The translations under genes were made by a program, and so were the position numbers. Shown here one piece after another: positions 50,494 to 60,824 of a stretch of DNA of 64,000 bases. The stretch covers positions 62,001 through 126,000 of the forward strand of contig JAQOWU010000001.1 of the NCBI GenBank assembly GCA_030867685.1, read 5' to 3'. The DNA comes from Wickerhamiella versatilis (Eukaryota). How positions within the stretch are numbered: position 1 is the first letter of the stretch; every line of letters starts with the position of its first letter. Below the pieces are notes generated by a model. That model made no database searches. It was given only the letters and a program-made list of their open reading frames with translations, and was not told the DNA's origin.

Positions 50494-51277
50494 TAAGTTG
50501 CTATATACCTCGATGGTATGTTGAAACTCTCTATGTATTATTGTATTACTATTCTAATACTTTTTTACCCGTCCCGCGACCAGTGATTTAGTAGAGAATT
50601 GAAGCTAGTCTAAGTTCTTTGCCAAAGGTAGGGGTGAATCTGGATAAAAGAATTGATGCTAGAAGTCACAGCAACTTCCATTCTACATAAGAAAAAAATA
50701 AATAAGTCATAGAGAAGCGGGTGGTTGGTGCCTAGCTACAGGTCTTGATTACGGAGCTGCAGCCTTTAATTATTCCGTTTAAGTTAACTGACAACGAGGT
50801 CTCTGTTGTAATAGATAGTGGATGAGGCCATGTGTAATTACTGTTGTTGCAGTCTACAGGCCCACTGTAGCTAGAATCAGGCGATTGGTGACTTTTCACC
50901 AATCATATGGTATGGGTGGGTTAAAAAAGGTTTCTGATTCCTGTTCGACCATTCGGGCAATTCAGGGAAACACCGTATATTCCAAAATAATCCGATGACT
51001 TGCCAATTTGGTTTCGTTTGCTGGTTTGGATTTTAAGTGATGGATAATTTCGCTAAACAGGCACGGCTAAAATATATATACAAATTTGCTACATATATGT
51101 ATTTCACAATCTCATAACTCCTTTCCCAGGTCCATTTACTTCATGTTGTTTTCTATAATTCGTCGAAATTAGTAGCCCTCGCCTAACCCTGCACAAGGAC
51201 GCCCCTAGCCCGACCCCACAGCAAGCCATAAGCCCTATAAACCGCCGTAATCTAAAATGTACGTCATATCATTGTAA

Positions 51278-52159
51278 ATGTCCGCTAACGAATCCAGCGC
51301 ATCACGAGCCATAGTTCCTCCTGCCCCATCTGCTCAAGACATTGCTGAAGCCAATGCTTCTGCCCCGCAACCCAGCACTAAGCCTAAGAATTTCCTTGAG
51401 CGCTTCAGCCTAAACGGCAAAGTAGCTATTGTTACTGGTGGTGCTCGTGGTCTAGGATACTCAATGGCTGAAGGACTCTGTAGTGTTGGTGCTGAGGCCA
51501 TTGTGATCCTTGATGTATCGATGGAGCTTGGACTCGACGCTGCCAAGCGGTTACACGAAGCCTACGGGGTAAAATCGCAATTCTACAAGGCAGATGTTCG
51601 TGACGAAACCAGTGTGAATGAGATCATGGACTCTGTTGCAGAGGAATTTGGCCATATCGACGTTGTGGTCAATTCTGCGGGAGTGGCCGATCTCGTACAT
51701 GCAGAGGACTATCCGGCCGACAAGTTTCGTCGTGTCGTGGACATCAATCTTAATGGTTCTTTTTTGGTCTCGCAAGCGGCTGCCCGCTACATGATTTCTC
51801 AAGGCACTGGTGGAACCATCGTTTTTATTGCTTCAATGTCAGGCCATATCGTCAATTGGCCCCAGCCGCAGTCTGCATATAATGCTTCCAAGGCTGGCGT
51901 TCGTCATCTGATGAAGTCGTTGGCTGCGGAGTGGGCCGTACATGGAATTCGATGTAACTCGATTTCCCCAGGATATATGGATACCGCCCTGAACCGGTCA
52001 TTCAAGGGCTTGTTTAATGACTGGAAGGGTAAGACACCCATGGGACGACTGGGCGATGTTGATGAATTGACGTGTGCATGTATTTACTTAGCGACCCCCG
52101 CGTCGTCCTATTGCACAGGTACTGATATTTTGATTGACGGAGGTTACACGATTATCTAG
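51278..52159 (+). CDS. Short-chain polyol dehydrogenase (D-arabinitol 2-dehydrogenase/sorbose reductase-like)
   Basis: TGGARGLG, SMSGHIVNWPQPQSAYNASK (YxxxK), ISPGYMDT; Asp after beta-2 suggests NAD(H). Confidence 0.85.
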   Translation: MSANESSASRAIVPPAPSAQDIAEANASAPQPSTKPKNFLERFSLNGKVAIVTGGARGLGYSMAEGLCSVGAEAIVILDVSMELGLDAAKRLHEAYGVKSQFYKADVRDETSVNEIMDSVAEEFGHIDVVVNSAGVADLVHAEDYPADKFRRVVDINLNGSFLVSQAAARYMISQGTGGTIVFIASMSGHIVNWPQPQSAYNASKAGVRHLMKSLAAEWAVHGIRCNSISPGYMDTALNRSFKGLFNDWKGKTPMGRLGDVDELTCACIYLATPASSYCTGTDILIDGGYTII

Positions 52160-52226
52160 ATTTGAAATATATAGCATAGTCAGTAAACCAACCTGGTTGG
52201 TTTGGGTATGATATGCGTTTTGTTGA

Positions 52227-53495
52227 TTAGATCTCGGATGACCATCTCTCGCTCGCGTCTTCATTAGCTTGTATAAGTGCACTGGCCATATCCATATCGG
52301 CAAGCTGGTGAAATGACATCGTTGAATCTTCGGGTAATGCATAAGGGTTACTGGTGGTACGGCTCGAGGGGAGTGCTCTCTTTCGGCGGCCTGGCTGCCC
52401 ACCTAGTTCATCCTCACCACGGCGTTTCGTTCCAGAACTAGGTGTGGAAGAAATGGCTGAGGCGTTGGATGCCTTCGCTCCGCATTCTGGACATGCGTCA
52501 ATTACTGAACACACAGTCTTTTTAATATTAGACCAATAATATTTCGAGGTGATGGCTGATGATGTGCGATTGATACCATTATGGTTCTCGCTATGTATTT
52601 TGCTAGCAAGCTGCTCCTGTCTTGCTACGTCCCACACCACTTCACGGTTACCATTACGAAGTATAAGCCTACCTTGATCAGAGACACTATATTTACATGC
52701 CGCTGCTCGCAACCGGCTCTTCTCGGCAGTGTCCGCATTTCTAGGGTATCTACCTGACCGAAGATAGTGCTCGAGCCTCTGGAACCGACGGGCGTCCGCT
52801 TCTGCAGACCGTACGGAAACATGAGGTAATTCTGCAGAGCTGTCCAGGTCATCAGAAGCCGTCTCTTCCAGTCCCTGGTCCATGAAATTCCGTGAATAAA
52901 TAAAGGCATCCACCCGCCGTGGTGGTGAGCTCTGAACGAACCCCGCACCTTTGATACGACCACACCTTTTATAACCAGAAGCCTCCAGCATCTTTATGAA
53001 TGGAAGGTTGGTGGCATAAACAAGATCGAAAATTCCTTGAGTGAATCCCAGCTTTAGGCTCCAATCAGCGAAACACGACATCAGCGCCTTTCCAATTCCC
53101 TTGCCTCTAATACCTGAGTTCACGAGAAATCCGCCACTCACCAAGTGGCCACTTCTTCCTGGGTAGCATTGCCGCATGTAAAATGCACCGAGACATTCTT
53201 TTTCCCAATGTGGACGCGTTTGTATTGTGGCACTCTCTCCTAAGAGCATAATTCCTGCAAGACCTCCACCGAACCAATAGTCTTGAAATGCCTCAATACG
53301 CATCTCAGTGTAGTAAGGCACGCCCTCACCTTTCTCAATTTCTAAATTGAATTCGTCACAGAGAAACGCCTGTAGCTCAAGCGGCACGTGCTCTGGCCCT
53401 GAAAAAGGGTATACCGTTGCCTTGGTCTCGCCATCATTTAGCAAAACGGTGCAGTGCTCAACGATGCCCATTTCGGGGCTATCGCGAGGACGCAT
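52227..53495 (-). CDS. SPT10: Spt10 histone-gene activator (GNAT plus H2C2 zinc domain)
   Basis: WEKECLGAFY..CYPGRSGH, RGKGIGK, H...H.GIN...YYW...C..C. Confidence 0.9.
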   Translation of the reverse strand: MRPRDSPEMGIVEHCTVLLNDGETKATVYPFSGPEHVPLELQAFLCDEFNLEIEKGEGVPYYTEMRIEAFQDYWFGGGLAGIMLLGESATIQTRPHWEKECLGAFYMRQCYPGRSGHLVSGGFLVNSGIRGKGIGKALMSCFADWSLKLGFTQGIFDLVYATNLPFIKMLEASGYKRCGRIKGAGFVQSSPPRRVDAFIYSRNFMDQGLEETASDDLDSSAELPHVSVRSAEADARRFQRLEHYLRSGRYPRNADTAEKSRLRAAACKYSVSDQGRLILRNGNREVVWDVARQEQLASKIHSENHNGINRTSSAITSKYYWSNIKKTVCSVIDACPECGAKASNASAISSTPSSGTKRRGEDELGGQPGRRKRALPSSRTTSNPYALPEDSTMSFHQLADMDMASALIQANEDASERWSSEI

Positions 53496-53891
53496 AAATA
53501 AATTAGTCCTGCTTGAATCTCGCGCTTCTCAACCCTTACCCTGCAATTTACGAAATTGAGCTAAAGTAGTATAGATATACGTGTATATAACTACCTCAAC
53601 ATAACTGCCAGGTATGACAAAGAACAATAGGTGGTATTCAGTTGCTTATAATTTGCGCCTCAATGCAATCCTAGTCCGTTAGATCGGAATCATGTGTGGT
53701 CCAAGACAATGACCTGATTAAAGGAGACATCTGGGCATTATTGCGCATTCCAAATAAATACTATAGCATTGAACCAGCAAAAAAGTGCTTATTTAAATCT
53801 TTTTCAGGATCGAAAACATCCTAGAATGGGTTATCGCATTCATTGGCGATGCGATAATATGATGCGATGATGATGATGTGATAATCAGTAA

Positions 53892-54731
53892 ATGGTAGTA
53901 GCTGCAGTGGGGCAACTCACGGCTGGGGCGAATCTAGCACGCAATGGCCTTGCTGCTAAACGGCTGATCTTGAGAGCAGCTGAATCTGGAGCCCGGGCAC
54001 TTTTCTTGCCGGAAGCTAGTGATTATATAGCTGGTTCCCCAGCGGAAAGCGTATCTCTGGCTAGAAACGTGGACGAATCTCCCTTCGTTACTGAGATTCG
54101 TAGAACTCTTAGAGACCTTGAAAATCCTTTATATGTGTCTGTTGGAGTTCATGAGCCAACAGAGCCACCCAGTGCGCGAATTCGAAATACACTGCTTTGG
54201 CTAGGCCCTGATGGGTCGATTCTTGCCCGCTATCAAAAGCGCCATTTGTTTGACGTTGACGTTCCAAACGGTCCAATTCTAAGAGAGTCAAAGTCTGTTG
54301 AGCCTGGTCCTGGCGTAGTGGACCCCATTGAGTCCCCGTTGGGCAAGCTGGGGCTTGCTATCTGCTACGATATCAGGTTCCCCGAAATGGCACAGGAACT
54401 CCGTACAAAAGGAGCCCAGATACTTCTGTTTCCTTCGGCTTTTACTGTGAAAACTGGCGAAGCTCACTGGCATATTTTAAACCAGGCACGAGCTATTGAC
54501 AATCAATGCTATGTGATTAGTGCTGCACAGGTGGGACAACATGACGAAACCGGCAAGCGGTTCAGCTATGGCCACACTCTGGTTGTTGATCCTTGGGGGA
54601 CCATAGTTGCAGAATCCACGCTAGATGGAGAGGACCTCATCACTGCTGATATTGATCTTTCCAAACTCGAGACGATACGCCAGAACATGCCCTTGTGGGA
54701 GCAGCGCAAGGAACTCGAAGAAAAGACATAA
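53892..54731 (+). CDS. NIT2: Nitrilase-family deaminated-glutathione amidase
   Basis: FLPEASDYI, YQKRHLFDVD, ICYDIRFPE, PSAFT.KTG.AHW. Confidence 0.9.
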   Translation: MVVAAVGQLTAGANLARNGLAAKRLILRAAESGARALFLPEASDYIAGSPAESVSLARNVDESPFVTEIRRTLRDLENPLYVSVGVHEPTEPPSARIRNTLLWLGPDGSILARYQKRHLFDVDVPNGPILRESKSVEPGPGVVDPIESPLGKLGLAICYDIRFPEMAQELRTKGAQILLFPSAFTVKTGEAHWHILNQARAIDNQCYVISAAQVGQHDETGKRFSYGHTLVVDPWGTIVAESTLDGEDLITADIDLSKLETIRQNMPLWEQRKELEEKT

Positions 54732-54844
54732 TGCAGGACGGCACCGATTAGCATCCCAGTCCATTATTCCTTCTCTTCTTTTCCCCTTCTTCCACAGTGA
54801 AGCTTTAAAACTTAGAATATAACTAACTATCAATAACACTTAGA

Positions 54845-56620
54845 TTAAAAGAGGTCGCTAATAACATCCTCGAGATCTTCGGTGAGATCTTCGGCCACAT
54901 CCCAGGCATTCATAGCGAGATGCTTGGCCTGGTCAAGGAGCGACTCGCCGATGTCGTCGTCACTATCATCCTCCTCCTCATCGGCTCTACCCTGGTTCCA
55001 GAAGAAAGAGATATCCTTGCCACCACCATTGTAAGCGAGTACGTTAGGCGAAGCATCATCGAGGTTGGAAATCTTATCCGGGGTACCGAAAGCGATGATG
55101 TCCTCCTTGAGCTCCTTAGGAGTGACGGCTCCGCGAACTGCATACTCAGAATCAGTGCTGGGCTGCAATGAGAGGAAGTAAGACAGAAGACCACAAATGT
55201 GCGGCGTAGCCATCGAAGTACCACTCATAACCTCAGTGGAGTCGGGACCGGAAATACCCACAGAAAGCACATTCACACCAGGGGCAAAGATGTCCACACA
55301 GCTACCGTAGTTAGAAAAGTATGCACGGTCATCACCAATTGTCGTGGCACCTACAGTCACAGGTTCACTTGCACCGGCTGGGGAAACGTAGCATGCATTT
55401 TGGTTCTCGTTACCAGCAGCAACAGCGAAGTGTACACCAGCCTGAGTAGCCGCATTTACAGCAAGGTCAAGACTGGGTGACTTACCACCACCAAGCGACA
55501 TGTTTGCAGTGGAGCCCTTGTACTTCTTATTCTTCTTCGACTCCTCGCGATGAGCCTGCACAGTCCATTCGACACCGGAAATGACATCTGACATAGTTCC
55601 ACTGCCGTCGGAACCGAGGACTTTAACGGCGACTACATTGGCGTTCTTCGCAACACCATACTTCTCACCCGCGATAGTGCCTGCACAGTGCGAGCCGTGG
55701 CCGAAAGTATCCTCATCGACGTCGCCGAAGGGAACCGTCTTACCCCAACGAGCACGTCCACCAAAGTCGTTGTGCTCAGTGTATACACCAGTGTCGATGA
55801 TGTATGAGGTAACATCCTCACCACCCTCATCGTCATAGATGTACTTGTTGAATGATCCGAGGGAGAGGGCCTTACGGTGTGAGAGACGGGCCAAACCCCA
55901 CGGGGCGCCATTCTCGGTGACAATGTGATCATCCTTATTGCCGCCAGATCCACCAAGAGTCCATACCTTCTGGTCACGCTCCGCGAACTCTACCTCCGGA
56001 AGCTCAGCCAGCTTCTCCGCCACACCAGGCAGCAGAGAACCGGCATAACCCTTGAGAGCAACACCATAGATCTGGTCCACGGTGTGCTTCGCCTCAGTCT
56101 TCAACAAGGGGTGCTCTGACGAGTCAGCCAAGAGGGTCTGGGCATGAGAGCTGCTGGCGTCAGCGAGCCAATTCATGTGCTGAGCAATTTGTTGGGGATC
56201 CACCTCATTCTTAAAGATGACGATGTATCTATCAGGAATTGGCTGCGCATTAGCAGCACTGAACACGGCACCGGATCCTTCAGAAGGGTTGGTGGCATGA
56301 TGAGCCTTCTTCATTCCCTTCTTTTCCGCGTGATGATTCCGGGAAACAGAACTCTCATGGCCACCAATACGCTTCTTGGAGTGGCAGCCTTTCTTCTTAT
56401 TGTGAGACTTCATCTTCTTCTTGCCAATGAAGAACTCGGGGTCAGAGGTAGTAGCATCGGACTTACTCCCACCATTCAATTCCTGGGTGGAGACAATCGA
56501 CTTGACCGTGCTGCGCGGGTCTACGCGCTCAATGTCTTCAAGACCTGAGAAATCGTGGGGAATGTAAAGTGCGCTGATGAACGGCAATGCCGCAAGAGTA
56601 ATAACGCCAGTGCGAACCAT
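54845..56620 (-). CDS. PRB1: Vacuolar subtilisin-like protease B
   Basis: Signal peptide, I9 prodomain, APWGLARLSHR, triad motifs IDTG / GHGSHCAG / SGTSMATP. Confidence 0.93.
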   Translation of the reverse strand: MVRTGVITLAALPFISALYIPHDFSGLEDIERVDPRSTVKSIVSTQELNGGSKSDATTSDPEFFIGKKKMKSHNKKKGCHSKKRIGGHESSVSRNHHAEKKGMKKAHHATNPSEGSGAVFSAANAQPIPDRYIVIFKNEVDPQQIAQHMNWLADASSSHAQTLLADSSEHPLLKTEAKHTVDQIYGVALKGYAGSLLPGVAEKLAELPEVEFAERDQKVWTLGGSGGNKDDHIVTENGAPWGLARLSHRKALSLGSFNKYIYDDEGGEDVTSYIIDTGVYTEHNDFGGRARWGKTVPFGDVDEDTFGHGSHCAGTIAGEKYGVAKNANVVAVKVLGSDGSGTMSDVISGVEWTVQAHREESKKNKKYKGSTANMSLGGGKSPSLDLAVNAATQAGVHFAVAAGNENQNACYVSPAGASEPVTVGATTIGDDRAYFSNYGSCVDIFAPGVNVLSVGISGPDSTEVMSGTSMATPHICGLLSYFLSLQPSTDSEYAVRGAVTPKELKEDIIAFGTPDKISNLDDASPNVLAYNGGGKDISFFWNQGRADEEEDDSDDDIGESLLDQAKHLAMNAWDVAEDLTEDLEDVISDLF

Positions 56621-57403
56621 TGGCGTGTTGTGTGGTGTTGTAGTTGAGGGGTACCGATAGGGGATTGCTGGATTGGGAGGTTATATACAGTTAAGGGAAG
56701 GAGCGGCAAGGGTACTTACTTATCGGGGCTGGGGCTTGGAGTCAAATACAGCGAAAATAGCGGTGTTTTGGAGATATAAAATGATAAAAATAGTTAAATA
56801 CAAGGAGAGTCATACCACTGCCTTTCGTGCAGCTCATTGGATACCGTCATGGCCGATTTAGCGGGATTATCTTCCGGTGGCGTTGCGCTATAATCAACTA
56901 TATTTACCTGCCCCAGAAATGCAATAGGCTATCAATTCATGTCAGTATATATGTTAAAGCCTGAAAGATTGTGATATGGCCAGCCACCAAATCTCTCCGT
57001 GATTGGGGGACAGAGTCCTGATCAGGACCCTTACCCTCACAGTCACGCAAGCTAGTCTGGTCCGATGTTGGTGGAGACAAACTCGCTTTTAGCCGTAAAT
57101 GAGCATTGCTAGCAGCAGTAAATATGCCAATAAATTAAGAAATATATTCCCCTACGTAACATATGGTAGGTATCCGCATGGCTAGTATGTATTCGCTTCT
57201 CCAAAACTATCTGGTATAATTCCACGTTTCCAGTGGATAAACTCCTATCTAATATAACGGTTTTTGCTGCTTGTTGCTTAAATATTTGGTATATACCGCA
57301 TTAATAGCAAAATAATGGCTAAAACTGTCGAAACGTTTCCAGGAGCACGATGTTAGCGCTCCATTACATAATTTGAACTCTACACTGGTGGTGGTGCGGG
57401 CAC

Positions 57404-60400
57404 ATGAATGGAAGGGGATTCAACATTGCTCACCAGAAGTTCAGTGTAGACATTGATATTGAAGCCCATGCAGTAAAGGGTCGGACGGTATTGACTCTCG
57501 TTCCGACGGACCCTGAGCTCCGCAGCGTGGTGCTGGACGCCCGCCGGATGCGCATATTGAGAGTACTTGTGGATGGGCACTCTGCAACATTTAGGCATTT
57601 GGATACATTAAACAATCCTCCAAATGCTCATATATCATGGAGTGCTCCACAAGCCCATCTCTATCGCTCAAAGCTCCAGGAGCACTTGAACCCCAATGGG
57701 CCGGGGGATCTGGTAGTTGAGCTACCGGGGGAAACGGTAGTGAAAGACGCAGAGGCTTCTGGTTTTATGGGAAATGCAGCTGGTGGTGATGAGAAGTCAT
57801 ATGAGGCCTTGACCGTGGAAATTGAATATGAAACACTTGGCCGGCCGGAGGGGTTGAACTTTGTGGGTGGAAGGGGATCGGGGATTCCCCGGTCTCATTG
57901 GCACGCTTATACGACCCAGTCACCAATAGGTCAGGCCACAAGCACATGGCTCCCTTGTGTTGATGGTTTGTGGTCGTTGTCTACCTGGGAGATGGAATTT
58001 GTCGTGCTCAAAGTTGTGGACGACTCAGATTCGGAGGATCTCGAACTTGTTGTTGTTGGTAATTCGACGCAACCTACCCAGGTTGCACATCCCACCGATC
58101 CTAAAAAGAAGCTCGTAAAGTTTGAAATGTTTAGCCCAGTGTCCTCCCAGCATATTGGGTTTGCGGTAGGTGCATTTGCCGCGGTGCAGCTCCAGGTGGG
58201 AACAGACCAGACCACTAACGAGAATGGACAGCAGAGCGAGCGCGCTGTTCCCATCACGGTATATTCCCTCCCAGACCGTCAGGGAGATGTGGGATATTCA
58301 TGTGGAATATTTCAAAAGGCAATGGATTTCTTCACGCGGGAGGTAGGAAGCTTCCCATTTCAAAGCTATAGTATTTGTTTTGTTAGTGAGATGCCATATG
58401 ATGTGGTGGACGCTATTTCACTTAATATCTGTTCAGACCGGCTATTATTTTCCTCACAGGCGATCGAGCCACTATTCGAAGAAGGAGAATTGCTAATACG
58501 GGGTTTGGCTGCCCAGTGGAGTGGAGTGAACATCGTCCCATATAACTGGTCGGATCTTTGGTTGACCGAAGGCATAGCTCTATTTATGACAAGAGCATTC
58601 ATTCGCCAGCTTATGGGCACAAACGAATTCCGGTATAGAATACGCAGAGCCAACGAAATGTTGGTGGATGAGGACATTGGCCGACCTGCACTTAGTGATG
58701 CAACTGCGTTTCAATTCCCCTTGATTCCGGACGACTTGAGCTTTATAAGGTTAAAAGCACCACTCATATTGTACATATTGGATCGGCGCCTCACAAAAAC
58801 TGACAGGTCGTTGGGAATTAAGCGAGTGTTGTCGAGACTGTTTCTCCAGGGCATGAGCGGTGAGTTGAGCGGTTGCATAAAGACCTACCATTTCCAGAAA
58901 TTATGCGAACGTGTGGCTCATCATCGCCTGGATACTTTTTTTTCTGAATGGATATACTCCGCCGGTTACCCGATCTTTAGAGTGACCCAACGATTTAACA
59001 AGAAGCGCATGTTCATTGAGATGGGCATAGGCCAGGTGCACTCGCGAGAGCTGCCGCCTGAAGTTTTGCGTGCTCCAGAATTTTTGGATAGGGCTGTGCA
59101 GACCATACTACATGATAGTCCAAAGGTCCCAGCAGTTTTTTTGGGGCCTATGACTATACGTATTCACGAAGCTGATGGTACCCCCTATGAACATGTTGTG
59201 CAACTCAAGGAATCATTCACAAAATTAGATATACAGTACAATACAAAGTACAAACGTCTGCGAAGAGCCCAGAAATTCCGCATTGGCGGTGATATCAAGT
59301 GTCTTGGTGATGTCTTGATGTCTGACAAGGACATTGACGAATGGAGGCTGAGTGACTGGGGTGAAGGAGATGAGGATGAGTATATGTTCAATGAGGCTTT
59401 TGAATGGCTTCGTGTTGATGCTGACTTCGAATGGCTTGGCCGTATGTTTGTAGGTCAGCCTGATTATATGTATGCTTCTCAACTTCAGCAGGATCGTGAT
59501 GTTGTGGCTCAGGTTGATGCAGTTGAGTATTTTGCCACCCAACCGCCTTCGCCGATATATTCGTCCATCCTAACGCGTACCCTTATGGATCGCCGCTACT
59601 ACTATGGTGTTCGGGTTCGCGCAGCACTGGGTCTCAGTAAATGTGCGACAGAGCACATCAACTTCCTAGGGAAATTCCATCTATTCAAATGTTTCCAGCA
59701 ATTGTTCTGTTTTGAAGACTCTCTTGTACCTCGGGCTAATGATTTTACAGATATCCCTCAGTATTTTGTCCAGAAGGCAATACCACAGGCGTTGGCGCTA
59801 ATAAGAGACCTGAACGGGCGGTGTCCACTAGATGTTGCTCAGTTTCTTCTCGACTTGATTCGCTATAATGAAAACAGTGGAAATCCCTATAGTGACAGCG
59901 CCTACCTAGCGTCACTTATTCGGGCAGTCGTGACCACCCTCAGGCCTCTGCAGCCGGAGGATATCGTCGACACAAATGATCCCCAAGTGCAAGCATTTGT
60001 TGCTCGAGTCACTGCCGAGATCGACAAGTGCCAGCGGTTAGATCGATGGCTTCCCTCTCGAAACTACCAGCTAATGACAACAGCCGTCGAGATGGATGAG
60101 GTACTCATAAGGTTGGGTTATGGCCGACCACGGTTCGATAAACTTGTACTCTCAACGCAACCAGGTTCGCCAACCCCGGTTCGCTTGGTATCATTCCAGA
60201 CTCTTTTGAACCTAGGCGGCTATCGTCGCGAGGCATTAATGAAATACGTCATCCAGACAGCTCTCTTAGATCAAGCAGCTGATATAAGACTTGGAATATT
60301 GCGTTGTCTTGCGACCATGTCGGGTGAAATTGCCCTTCATGGTGAGTATGCAGCAGCTGCACCCCAAAAGGCGGAGTCCGCGCAAGAGCTATTGCAACAA

Positions 60401-60742
60401 CGACAAGAGACCTTGGCTCGTGGGTCGGTAATCACTGCTATCCCGTTACTCCGCAAGGAGATGAACTCGAAAACAGCCCTCTCTCAAAACCTTTGGGTTG
60501 GTATACTTTCCCCATTGACCGGGGCTTATGAACGTCGGAGGCTGCTGGAGCTGTGCCTTGTGCTTTACGAACCCTCTAATTCTCTAATTGTCACGCTTCC
60601 AACGCCAAAGCTACACCGCCTGTCTATGAAACGCCGGCACGACTTCTACATGGTGGCGAAGTATCGCAGTGTTCTGAAAAAGCATCGATCGTCTCTTGTG
60701 CAGCATGATGATGCTCCAAAACTAAAACTGAAATTGAAATAG
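57404..60742 (+). CDS. TAF2: TFIID subunit Taf2
   Basis: Aminopeptidase-like fold motifs, GPMTIRIHEADGTPYEH, QYNTKYKR, QLQQDRDVVAQ. Confidence 0.95.
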   Translation: MNGRGFNIAHQKFSVDIDIEAHAVKGRTVLTLVPTDPELRSVVLDARRMRILRVLVDGHSATFRHLDTLNNPPNAHISWSAPQAHLYRSKLQEHLNPNGPGDLVVELPGETVVKDAEASGFMGNAAGGDEKSYEALTVEIEYETLGRPEGLNFVGGRGSGIPRSHWHAYTTQSPIGQATSTWLPCVDGLWSLSTWEMEFVVLKVVDDSDSEDLELVVVGNSTQPTQVAHPTDPKKKLVKFEMFSPVSSQHIGFAVGAFAAVQLQVGTDQTTNENGQQSERAVPITVYSLPDRQGDVGYSCGIFQKAMDFFTREVGSFPFQSYSICFVSEMPYDVVDAISLNICSDRLLFSSQAIEPLFEEGELLIRGLAAQWSGVNIVPYNWSDLWLTEGIALFMTRAFIRQLMGTNEFRYRIRRANEMLVDEDIGRPALSDATAFQFPLIPDDLSFIRLKAPLILYILDRRLTKTDRSLGIKRVLSRLFLQGMSGELSGCIKTYHFQKLCERVAHHRLDTFFSEWIYSAGYPIFRVTQRFNKKRMFIEMGIGQVHSRELPPEVLRAPEFLDRAVQTILHDSPKVPAVFLGPMTIRIHEADGTPYEHVVQLKESFTKLDIQYNTKYKRLRRAQKFRIGGDIKCLGDVLMSDKDIDEWRLSDWGEGDEDEYMFNEAFEWLRVDADFEWLGRMFVGQPDYMYASQLQQDRDVVAQVDAVEYFATQPPSPIYSSILTRTLMDRRYYYGVRVRAALGLSKCATEHINFLGKFHLFKCFQQLFCFEDSLVPRANDFTDIPQYFVQKAIPQALALIRDLNGRCPLDVAQFLLDLIRYNENSGNPYSDSAYLASLIRAVVTTLRPLQPEDIVDTNDPQVQAFVARVTAEIDKCQRLDRWLPSRNYQLMTTAVEMDEVLIRLGYGRPRFDKLVLSTQPGSPTPVRLVSFQTLLNLGGYRREALMKYVIQTALLDQAADIRLGILRCLATMSGEIALHGEYAAAAPQKAESAQELLQQRQETLARGSVITAIPLLRKEMNSKTALSQNLWVGILSPLTGAYERRRLLELCLVLYEPSNSLIVTLPTPKLHRLSMKRRHDFYMVAKYRSVLKKHRSSLVQHDDAPKLKLKLK

Positions 60743-60824
60743 GGGTTGAAAAAATAATAAAGAGTTGATACAAGAACTCCTAAGTCTTATCATTTACAGA
60801 GTATAATGCAATAATACAGTTAAA

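Noticed and set aside
50820-50937. U3-like words (GATGA...TATGGGTGGGT...CTGA)
   Set aside because: No box A, B or internal C found; kept only as part of the unassigned structured region.
52480-52780. Integrase-like H2C2 zinc motif suggesting a retrotransposon
   Set aside because: It is the known DNA-binding domain of Spt10; no RT, integrase core or LTRs.
56260-56430. Lys/His-rich stretch in the protease prodomain
   Set aside because: Comparable charged prepro regions occur in yeast Prb1; not novel.
6592-60742. PHO87-like, BUD5-like and TAF2 genes, which flank MAT in S. cerevisiae
   Set aside because: Widely spaced here, the transporter looks Pho91-type, and no HMG, alpha-box, homeodomain or SLA2 gene is visible.
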